From positions 16,749,045 through 16,813,044 of the forward strand of contig NC_092680.1 in the NCBI RefSeq assembly GCF_964355755.1: a stretch of 64,000 nucleotides of DNA. Reading direction: 5' to 3'. Under the pieces are notes generated by a model that searched no databases, had not been told where the DNA came from, and was given only the letters and a program-made list of their open reading frames with translations. Made by a program: the position numbers and the translations under genes. This DNA is from Antedon mediterranea (taxonomy: Eukaryota > Animalia > Echinodermata). Every line of letters starts with the position of its first letter. Position 1 is the first letter of the stretch. This document shows, in pieces, positions 1 through 10,700 of this stretch.

Positions 1-254
1 ATATGGAAATCATGAGGTTTCTTAAAGTTCTAGAATATTATAGTATACTTTTTCCTGACCAGCATTATCTTTGGGGTGCCTCTGTCTTGGTTGTTGTCTC
101 TGAGCACCCGGTCGTCTGTGGCAAGACAAATGTGTATCCTGTTCCTTTGTTTGGTCACCTAGGTAGGGGTCCGGGACCGCGACAGAACGGATGGGGACCC
201 TCCAAAGAAATTACATTTATTTGTCAGGCATTTGTATGATTTTTTTTTTTTTTT

Positions 255-322
255 TTTTGAATGCGCCTTGAGCACTCTTGAGTGATATGTGCGCTATAAA
301 AATCCTGTTATTATTATTATTA
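255..322 (+). mobile_element. 3' tail of an L2/CR1-type LINE or dependent SINE
   Basis: gcgccttgagcactcttgagtgatatgtgcgctataaaa stem-loop followed by a (TAT)n tail, the typical L2/CR1-group 3' end. Confidence 0.5.
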
Positions 323-739
323 TCCAATTTATGTTTTAATTTATATAAATACATTCATGTTTGTTTTTCTCTCAACAGTTGAATCAAATAGCCTCTACAA
401 TTAATAACAAGAAAAAAATCGATAGATCGAGATATACATTCTTCAAACTTTATTCAAATATAAGGCTCAAGAACTGTAACATTCAAATTCAAATTCAAAT
501 TCAAATATTCTTTATTCATCCTCTATCATGAAAATATACAACAACAATATATGAGAACATAAAAAAGATGAAAAGGAAACACATAAAAACTCAAAAGAGC
601 TTGATTAGTTGTGTCCCCCTATGTCCCTAACTAGCCTAAAAAAACTAAAACATAAATAATAAAAAAGCTAAATTCTGCAACAAGTATGATTTTTAAAATT
701 ATTTGTAAAATGATAATAAATGTTCTTTAAACAATGATT

Positions 740-1907
740 CAGGGATGTAATTGTGCAGGGCGGAGCCGGGCGGGGCCGCCCTGCCTAAAAGCCTCCCGCC
801 CAGTCTAAAGCTAATTTTAAGGCCTTCCGCCCAGCGTCAGACGTACCTGTCCGCCCACCCTAAATTCCTTTTTTTTCCGCGAAATATCGGGCATATTCTA
901 GCTAACACAAGCTCACATCGCACAATGCAGCTAGCCTAGCACAAAACACACAGCTTTGAAAATCAACCAAGCAGAACTGTCATGTACTTAATGCTGATTG
1001 GACGGTACGCTCAAGTTCCACTTGAGTGAACATCACACAACCTAGAGCATGCAGCTTCCTAGCTTTGCATGCTGTGCGCGATTTTCTTATCTCCTCTGCT
1101 GTATGAATGAATCATGGAGAATATTTAAAAAAACCGGCGAATTAAACTGTAGGCTAATCAACCGTTCCACGCCGACTGCTTTGTGGAGTAACTTCCCGAC
1201 TACGTGTATTTATTAAAAAAACATTGAATTGAAACATACTATATATCTTGTACTGTTATTATTTTTTATTTTGTGAATTACATCATTAGCGCTGTAGTAT
1301 GGCTCGGATGATAGCCTAGATCATTCATCGCCCAGGCCGCAGACCTGGCGAAATGTACGTTCGTTCATGTAAGTACATCGTGATGTTTTTCTACGTGGTT
1401 GTTGTGCGGCATGAATATCAATAAGAGGTTTTTATCTTGAAAAAAATATTCTCGGCTAAATCGAACAAATTTATTTAATTCATGCAAGCTAGCTAGGCCT
1501 AGGCGTTCTTCGGGGGCAAGTTAACCACAAAGGCAGTTATGTTTAGGTCCAAATGGTAGGCCTACATACACTGTCAAAGCATGGAGGTATAAACCGGGAG
1601 GTACGTATAATTACGTCCATGGTAAAAGTAATGTTTTGCTTTATTAAAATCATTCACCTGAACAATGATAATATTATTAATAAAAAAAAATGTAAAAAAT
1701 TACACATATAAACCATCATTAAAATGAGTCTTATAAAGGTCAATATAGCAAATTTTTTCAGGGGCCTTCGGCCCCTGAACCCCGACCGGGGGCCCTTGGC
1801 GGCCCCCTGGCCCCCAGCCTAAGTTCCTCGCTTCGCTCGTAAGCTTAGTAAAAAACCACCCTCACAATTTTTTTTTCCACCCTCAACAATTCTTAGCTAC
1901 AACCCTG
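740..1907. mobile_element. Non-autonomous DNA transposon (hAT-like, 6-bp TSD) inserted in the LINE ORF
   Basis: Imperfect TIRs cagggatgta / tacaaccctg; TSD atgatt at 734-739 and 1908-1913. Removing it restores ...SIYIFKSLFKEHLLSFYK*. Confidence 0.85.
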
Positions 1908-4425
1908 ATGATTTAAATATATATATTGATTTGGTACTTTGTAGTTCGTAATTCAAGTCATTCCACAATTTGGGTCCCACACATGACACAGTAAAACTAG
2001 TAGAAGTACGATTACGTTTTCTGAGTCTCATTTTGTCTTTAGATCTTGTATTATAATTATGGTAAGAACCATTTTTAATAAAGAGCGATGAAAAACGCAC
2101 GTCCTGATTAGTAGTAACATTATACATGAAAAGCCCAATTTGGTACTTATTGATATCCGCAATTTTAAGAAGTTTAAATTTATAGAAACATTCAGTCATT
2201 GAATCATTAAACTTTGACCATGTTATAGCTCGTAATGCCCTTTTCTGGAGTTTAAATAACTCATCTAAATAACTTGGAAATGTGCTACACCATATTATGT
2301 TGCAATAATTTAATACTGGTTCAATGAGTGATTTGTATATTGTCCAGAGAGCATAGGTTGGTAAAAAATGTCTTACTTTATATAGTATGCCTACATATCG
2401 AGATATTTTCCTAGCTGTAACATTGATGTGGTTCTTATATGTGAGAAATTCATCAATATGTACTCCAAGGAATTTAGTCGATTTAACTCTATCTATTCTT
2501 TTATTGTTGACATAAATATTTACATTCTCTAAATTACTTGGATTTCGCTGATTGCGGAAAATTATGTAATTAGTTTTTTTAACGTTGATTGATAGTTTAT
2601 TGCACATGAACCAATCCGAAACATTTTTTAGTTCACCATTAACTAGTTCTATGAGCGTATCCAAGTTTTCGTGAGATGCAGATATGTTTGTGTCGTCAGC
2701 AAATAAAACAAAAGATAACGAGTTTGAGCAATTAAATACATCGTTAATGTACAAAATAAAAAGTAGAGGCCCCAGAATTGAACCCTGTGGTACACCGCAA
2801 TTTATATCCATCAAACACGAACTTGTGTTATCAATAGACGTAAATTGTTTCCTTCCACTAATATAGTTTCTAAACCATTTAAGGGCCGTGCCTCTTATGC
2901 CATAGTGTTCCAATTTTTTAAGAAGTATATCATGGTTGATGGTGTCAAACGCTTTTGACAAATCAATAAATATTCCGATGGTATTTTTTTTCTTATCAAG
3001 CGCATCGGTTATTCGTTCAACCAGATCTATAACGGCCATAAAAGTAGAACTGTTTTTTCTGAAACCATATTGTGCATTATTAAGGATGTTAAACTTTGTG
3101 ATATAATTATTTACTCTAATTTGAACAATTTTTTCAAGAATTTTTGAAGCGGTAGGCAGAATAGAGATCGGCCTATAATTACTGACGTCACTTTTATTGC
3201 CAGATTTAAAAATTGGAACTACTCTAGCTACTTTCATACTATCAGGGACCATGCCTGTCTCAAGAGAGAGGTTAAAGATATGTACAAGAGGAGATGCCAC
3301 AGCAGCAATAATATGTTTTAGAATGCGATTACTTAAGTTATCAACACCTTCTGAATTTGAATTTTTGATTTGACTAACTATTTCAATGACCTCTTCTTCA
3401 TTCGTAGGATTGAAAAATATGGATTGGGATTGACTCTCTTTTATATATTGTTTGAAGTCAGAATTGTTTACATTCGGTATTTTGTTTGCTAATTCATTTC
3501 CAATGTTGGAGAAGAAGTCATTAAAAGCGTCAGACATACCTTTTGGATCACATACCAAAGTTTTATTACTATGGTTAATTACCTCATTTGGCTTAACACT
3601 CGATTTTTTTCTATTTAGAACTTCATTTAAAACTTTCCATGTTTGCTTTGAATCGTGTCGAGCTGCATCCAGTTTTTTGGAATAATATTGTTTTTTCCGA
3701 ATTCTAATTAAATGAGTTAATTTATTTTTGTACTTTTTATATATATTTTTTAATAATTGTGTTGGGTTTTTAAGGTATTTTTTATAAAGTTTATTTTTCT
3801 TTTTTATTGAAATCAAAATTCCTGTTGTGATCCATGGTTTTTTCTTTGTATTACCATTTGGCTTATTACTTTTTGTAGGTATGTTATTATCTATGAGATT
3901 AGATAGTTTTTTAATAAATAGGTTATATGATGTATTGGTATCTGTGCATAAATATAGTTCACCCCAATCCTCATTAGAAATAGCAATAAGCAAGTTATTT
4001 AATGTTGTATCATTAATTATTTTTTGTTTTGTAATTGGAGCTTGTGTGTTAGTATTTAATGACAAGTGTGTTGTCATGAAAATGGGTAGATGATCGGTAA
4101 TGTCAGTGACTATTACTCCACAATGCGAAATGTTATCATCATTTGTAATAATATTATCTAAAATTGTAGCAGAATACGATGTTATTCTGGTGGGTAAGTT
4201 GATTAATGGATTAAAAGATGTTGAGTAAATAATGTTTGTGAATTCCTGTGTTGTTTTTTGAAAGTCATATTTTAATAAGTCTTGATTAAAATCTCCTAAG
4301 ATATAGCAGTTTTTGTTTTCGCGATTAAGTTTATGTAAGATTTCTTCCAGATCAGAGTTAAATGAGTTGACGTTTGAATTTGGTGGTCGATACAACATAC
4401 CTACAATAGTATTTAATAAGCCCAA
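1897..4425 (-). CDS. LINE ORF2: partial APE endonuclease plus reverse transcriptase
   Basis: Endonuclease motifs YRPP, GDFN, LDNI, TDH. RT motifs YRPISIL, QYGFR, DLSKAFD, GVPQGSILGP, FADD, KFLGV. Confidence 0.95.
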   Translation of the reverse strand: MGLLNTIVGMLYRPPNSNVNSFNSDLEEILHKLNRENKNCYILGDFNQDLLKYDFQKTTQEFTNIIYSTSFNPLINLPTRITSYSATILDNIITNDDNISHCGVIVTDITDHLPIFMTTHLSLNTNTQAPITKQKIINDTTLNNLLIAISNEDWGELYLCTDTNTSYNLFIKKLSNLIDNNIPTKSNKPNGNTKKKPWITTGILISIKKKNKLYKKYLKNPTQLLKNIYKKYKNKLTHLIRIRKKQYYSKKLDAARHDSKQTWKVLNEVLNRKKSSVKPNEVINHSNKTLVCDPKGMSDAFNDFFSNIGNELANKIPNVNNSDFKQYIKESQSQSIFFNPTNEEEVIEIVSQIKNSNSEGVDNLSNRILKHIIAAVASPLVHIFNLSLETGMVPDSMKVARVVPIFKSGNKSDVSNYRPISILPTASKILEKIVQIRVNNYITKFNILNNAQYGFRKNSSTFMAVIDLVERITDALDKKKNTIGIFIDLSKAFDTINHDILLKKLEHYGIRGTALKWFRNYISGRKQFTSIDNTSSCLMDINCGVPQGSILGPLLFILYINDVFNCSNSLSFVLFADDTNISASHENLDTLIELVNGELKNVSDWFMCNKLSINVKKTNYIIFRNQRNPSNLENVNIYVNNKRIDRVKSTKFLGVHIDEFLTYKNHINVTARKISRYVGILYKVRHFLPTYALWTIYKSLIEPVLNYCNIIWCSTFPSYLDELFKLQKRALRAITWSKFNDSMTECFYKFKLLKIADINKYQIGLFMYNVTTNQDVRFSSLFIKNGSYHNYNTRSKDKMRLRKRNRTSTSFTVSCVGPKLWNDLNYELQSTKSIYIFKSSGL

Positions 4426-5541
4426 ATAAGTTAATTACATTAAATAAATGGCTATACAAATTAAACAGATTAAGTAAGTTAAAATTGTATATATGTAATA
4501 TATAGTCAAGTCAAGGTTAGTTTACTAATTATTGGTTTGAAAAAAAGAATATTTCCAATATGGATGTATTCATATAAATTATTTTTCTGGCTGTTTTACT
4601 TTATCGTTTTGATTTAGTGTTTCGCTTTTTTTTTTTTTGTATCTCTATTGAGATCCAGCCACTGATACCCATAGCATACAGTATTGTCATTTTTTCAGTA
4701 ATTTTCCTTTGGATTTATATAAATTAAAACATAAATTAAATAAGTTGTATGTTTTCTCCTTATTGTGAATAAATTTTGAATGTATTTTTTTCTTGTTACT
4801 TGTAGAGGCTATATATATAACTTGATTCGGCTGTTGAGAACACATAAAACAAGCATGTATTCGTAATAATATTACATGAAATGTAAAATAAAACATGATA
4901 TGTAAAATAATAATAAGGCTAATTACAGCAGCAGTTTTTTGTTTTATTTTTCAAACACAGTAAAATACAAAACAATTGGCACAATGACGCGAACAATAGA
5001 AGCCTCAACAAGCCTCTCACACCCAACTTAACACATTGACTAACACCCCTATAAATAATAATGGAATATTCCTATATTCAATACATGCCGAAAACGCAGG
5101 TTGATCCACAATAATCCCGTACTTTATTTAGTATTATTACTAAAAACTACTTCTCTCTAGTAAAAAAGCGGCGGCTGGTGGCTAGGTTAAGCCTAGGCCA
5201 GAATCCCAGCCCAGAGGGGCAGCGCCTAGCTAGGCCCTAGCCTAGGGCCTAGGCTTCTCTTGAGAGTTGTTGTTGGGAGACTAATCAACATAAACAAATC
5301 AACAAATCATAAATCAACATCAACTAGGCCTAGGCTAGGCTATAGGCCTAATCAATCATTCAGTCAGTCAGGCCTGACTAATAATATTATAGAAAGAATA
5401 GCCTAGGCTAGGCCCTAGGGGCCTAGGCCCTAGGCCTACAAATAGAAATAGGCCTAGGCCTATGTTTATTATGCTTATAATAATATTAACATTAGTATTA
5501 AGCCTAGGTTAAACTGCAAACTTAGGTATTATTATTACTTA

Positions 5542-5600
5542 CAGCTGCTCAAAAAGAATTTAACTTTTCCGCCATTTTGCGTTCAAAAATTGCGCCATCT
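5542..5600 (-). promoter_or_regulatory. Probable non-coding first exon and promoter of a minus-strand gene running left out of the window
   Basis: Minus strand reads caaaatggcgg (YY1-type motif) then a GTAAGT donor near 5541, followed by TAGGCCTAG clusters like those at other first introns here. Confidence 0.45.
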
Positions 5601-5730
5601 AAAGTTCAAAAATATTTTTTCATAGGCTTATTATTTCCAGACTGTCTATGGAGTAAAATTTTCTTATGTTATGCTGTCTGTAATGCAGAGACTAGAAAGT
5701 AGCGGAAAAAACAAAACTTGATTCTTGTAA

Positions 5731-6874
5731 TAGGGATACCGAGAGCTGACTCCATTTTCATTACCACGATTAAACAGCGCGCACGTTACTATGCGCGCAA
5801 TGTCATTGACGCGGTATTTTTTTACTTTGGTAAACACTTTTTATTAGGTAATTATTCTGAAAATAAATTAATTATGAAAATATCCTTTTGAGTAAATATT
5901 CATTTACCTATTATTCTATGAGATCAAGTATTTTTTATTTCCATTTCATTCAACCAAAAATGTTAATATAGTGGTTAAAAGATCGTTATCGCCTAGCGCG
6001 TATAGATTTTGTTTACTACGAAACCCTCGGAAGGCTCAATGACCTACCATTTTCAACCCTATTTTTGTAGTTGAGCCTCTTATGACCTCAAAATGTATTT
6101 TATTCCTACACCAAGATAATATAGTTCCACATACCATGTGCTTGTTACTAAGAAAAATATTAATTTTAAGTGCTAAAAAAACAGTTTTATCCCGATATGA
6201 GGCCTTTATGATTCGAATATTTCATAGTAACAACCCATATACCATGAAAAATATCTGTTTTGTCCATTTTAAAAATAATTTTTGGAAAATTCCGAGAGGC
6301 TCAACTACAAAAACGCCATTTTATGGTATGATGTCATCGCAAGCCAATCAAACCTCCGCATTCGACCGCTCCGCATGTCTCACGGTTGAACGATTTTGGA
6401 TTCTCGCCCTTTGATTGGTTGACGCGAATCAGCACACAGCGGAATAATTTTCTCGCGAGTGCCGTGAAGTCACATGGTGTCAGGCCTGTCCAATTACACG
6501 GGAAAATAATGCATTGAAATTCTTCGAATGAGGTTAAATAAACACTCTTTTTATATAATAAATAAGTACTATCATATTTGATTGAATTTTACAATGTTGA
6601 TATACAAAATATATTACTTAAAACCGTGATTTTATATAATTATTTTTACAAAAAATGACTAGTTCATACAATTGTCGACTGAGGGCGCAATTTGTTTACA
6701 TCGTTCGTGGCTAAAAACGATCATTTTCGGCGATGTTTTAAACCCTATATTTCGAAAACTACAAGTCATATTTTCATAATTCTTTCTTTATTATAATATT
6801 GATACAAAATACAAACATGCAATGTATAATTTGTTTGCAAAATATTAACTTTTAATTTTACATCGTTATCCCTA
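5731..6874. mobile_element. Non-autonomous TIR element with 7-bp TSD (hATw/P-like)
   Basis: TIRs tagggataccga / tcgttatcccta; TSD cttgtaa at 5724-5730 and 6875-6881. Confidence 0.8.
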
Positions 6875-7710
6875 CTTGTAAAGTTGTATGTTTTGATCAC
6901 CTTTTTAGACTTTATATAACTTTTACTCCTATTCTATGTCTGGTAATAAAAAAATTAAAAGACCTAATTCACCTTTTATATTAACTAACCTAAAAGCCTC
7001 CCTGCGCGCCTGTCCTACCAACTTGACTTAACTAGCTAGCTAGGCCTAGCCTACTAGGAGGTCTAGCTTAGACTTATATTAGTAGAGGATAGGACTAAGC
7101 CTAGCTAGGCTCTAGCACGCCTAGTAGCTAGGCTAGACTCAAGTCTAGCGGAGGGCTATCCTAGGATGCCTAGTAGTATTATGTAGTAAGATTTGTGTTT
7201 AATTTAAGGTTCACTCATATAAAAGTAATATTTTTTTTGTAAATTGTAATTTTATGAAATGTTAATTGTTATGACATGTATGAAATGGTGTACTACTAGG
7301 CCTAGCTAGGCCCTAGGCTAAATTGTGAATGTTTTGTTTGTTTTACTAATATAGGTACCATGGAGTAAAGAATGCGTATAGGCATAGGGCCTACTAAGGC
7401 CTATATTTCTGTTGAGAAAAACAATTTTTCCATGTACAGTATGTACCTTTATGGAACATATAAGTAAAGATTTGAGTTCAGGTGCACCTCCAGATTGGCA
7501 TTAATTAAAGCCTAATAAATAATATAGTTAAGCTGTAGTAAAAAAGTACATTTAGATTAGATACCTGGTGGTTAAAGAAAGAAAGTACAGTTGCTGTTCA
7601 GCTCACATACATCATAGCAATTAATTTGGTTTTAAATATTATCTTTTTTAAATATATTGATTTAAAACATCCAGTTTTATTTTTTGATTCTACAGTAGCT
7701 GGAAGATTAA

Positions 7711-10700
7711 ATGTCTGGTCAACTAAAGTTATCAAACCCTCCTGTAGCAGAATTGCCCTCAACTCGCAAGTCAAATCGGTCATTGCGTTCAACCAGCAGT
7801 CAAGATGAAAATAATGCAGATGTAACGAGAATGAAAAGATTCTTTGAAAGCTCACCGATGATTATGCATTTGAAGAGGCCGTCTTTAACCCCAAGGCCTA
7901 ATGGAAAGGAGAATCGACTTAAGACCTCTCTATTAACACCAATGTCTGCTGTAAAAAAGAAATTGGCCCATGATTCAGACAATGACGAAGTTTCAGTAAG
8001 TCCCAGTTTAGCACAGTTAAGAATGACTCCAGGTAATTGAATACTAATTTATAGTACATATTTATTTATATGCACTTGTCAATTGTATGACCCACTATAC
8101 GACCTCCGGGAGAGGTGCCTCATGGATGCGTCATTTACAAATAATTATTTAAAAAACTAGATGGTACGTCATATCAATGCTAATGATGTGTGAATGGCCG
8201 TTACCCACCATTTCATAAACAACGGGGGTCATATGATATAGTGGGTCATACAATTGACAAGTGCATTCTATTAAAAACATTGTCGTCATCATTTGAGTAT
8301 TTCATGAAAAGTTGCTATCGACGTGTGTTGTTTTCTTTTTTTATTTATCATCTATTTAAATTTTAAAGGAAAAGCCTTGCAGAAACAAAAGATTTTAGAA
8401 GAGAAGCACAGAATTGCAAAATCAAAGATTTCTACTGTTGGTCCAGGTGGAGGGGTCAGTATCTGGCCTGAAATGGACAACATGAGGTTGACGCCAAAAG
8501 AAATACATATGATTGTGATTATTGCTTTTATCATCATTGGTTTTGTGTATCAACTGTTTCATTTCTTACATGGTAAATGCCAGAATTTTGTATATTTTAG
8601 AACTTTGTTCCCACTTCCCATGCTTTGGTTTCTTTGGAAAAGCACCTACTAAACCCAATTAATTATACAAGTCACTGTAGATGGCTACTTCATTATCAAA
8701 TATGATTGTTTCATTGTGGAATTGGGACTGGACCGTTTTAGACACGTTTATCACTTGTTGGTCCTATCCTTCACTAATAGTGTTTTGTCTTTTCTGTATG
8801 CATCTATATATAAATTTACGTAAGGGCAAAATTCGGTAAATCGCGCCTTACTTTTAGAATTTTTACTCGATGGTATGTAAAGTTGGTTCGTACTTTCGGT
8901 ACTGATTTTAACCGCCTGATGTAACCCTGTTTACTAATTAAATTGAGTTAGATAATTAGTTATTGACGATTAAAACGAATTTAGGTTCAAAGATTTGCCC
9001 CAAATAGGGGTGTTTTCCGATCGTGGTATACACTGTCTAATGGATGTCCATCTTGAAAAATACCCGCCACAAAAATGCGAGGAGGCTTCGCATTTTTCTA
9101 TCTCCTCCTACGATAATTGTTTTTAATAGCTGAAAACCGGTTGAACAGTTCGAGTACAGCATCATAATGTTGAAGACAGGCCGATTTTCTTTAAAAAATA
9201 CTATTTTGATACATTTAATATACGTTTTTACAAATGTATTGATTTGTGATGAATGGAACATTCCAAATTATTTGGTTTAACCATACAGGTATAGATTTAG
9301 ATTTATGGGCCTCCTTGGAGAATAAACATAAATAGTATTGCAATGCTGTACAATACTGTTAAGGTATTAACCACTTTTGATCGCAATTTGAATCGCAAAT
9401 GTCTTACTGTGAGTGTTGGTACTGTTAGATGTAATATAAAAATATATACAAATAAACTTTATTACTGTGAGTGTGGGTAGGCCCTACTGTTAGATTATAA
9501 ACATATAATATACAAATAAACATTCCAAATTATTTGGTTTAACCATAGAGGTATAGATTTAGATTTATGGGCCCCCTTGGAGAATAAACATAAATAGTAT
9601 TGCAATGCTGTACAATACTGTTAAGGTATTAACCACTTTTGATCGCAATTTGAATCGCAAATTTCTTACTGTGAGTGTTGGTACTGTTAGATGTAATATA
9701 AAAATATATACAAATAAACTTTATTACTGTGAGTGTGGGTAGGCCCTACTGTTAGATTATAAACATATAATATACAAATAAATAAACGTTATTACTGACA
9801 GTTGCTTCTCAACGTTTGTATTAATTAATAATTTAAAAATATATAAACGTCGTAGTGGTGTATCGTTACATGTACTTTACTATTTCAATCGACTATGACA
9901 GTGAGAGTTTTAACAAAGTACCGTATTAAATCGTAAATGTTTTACTGTATTTAGTGGTATATTATTTATAGGCCTATAAAACATTAAAAACAATATTTCG
10001 TTACTGAGTGGATAGAATATATTTTAAAATGTTTCCTCTTTGTACCTATCTTCTTCCCCCATCCCTCAACCCTTAATGTTACATACAAAACACAAATTGG
10101 GTTTGTTTAAATGAGTCCAAATAAAAAAATTTGTTTCTCTCTCGGAAGTAATTCCCAGGGTGCTAATTTTGGTTGACTACATAAATCATTGTGTATATTT
10201 ATTCGTTTCTGTAAACGACAATGTATTATAGTCCTGCGGTACGTACATTTGAAATCTCCATTTTTTTCTCGCTGGAAATACTGTGTATTCGAGAACCATC
10301 TGTGGGCACAGCCTAGATGGTACGCGAGCGAAGCGAGCGTGCCATCTAGTTGTAAACAAATAATTTTAATTGAATAATTTTTAAAAAATGAATAAAATAA
10401 AATATTACACTTTTTTAACTAGTTATTCTACACTATCAAACTTTATGTGATAAAAAGTATGATGCGCCCAAATATTGTAGAGATATGCCTAAATATGGTA
10501 GTGATATGACATCATCATCCATATATGGGCACATCACATTTTTTTTTTTGTAGACAGAGCTTTACACATAATCAGGAGTAATATTTGTAAAACAGCCAGA
10601 AAGAAATTGCACAGGCTCTTTCTGTTAACACTAAACCTTTTTCTGTTAGTGATAATTGAATATACTTTTAATTACATCTTGAGTAAGGACACAATAGTGT

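Larger units (their letters stand above)
481..4425 (-). mobile_element. 5'-truncated CR1/L2-group non-LTR retrotransposon, interrupted at 740-1907
   Basis: APE+RT ORF at 1897-4425. The ORF C-terminus resumes left of 740. AATAAA and a (TTGAAT)n tail lie on the minus strand at 481-516. Confidence 0.9.

Noticed and set aside
3-239. 78-aa ORF at the window start
   Set aside because: No recognisable domain; it lies just upstream of a retroelement-type 3' tail
2684-4093. Plus-strand ORFs overlapping the LINE
   Set aside because: Antisense shadows of the RT ORF
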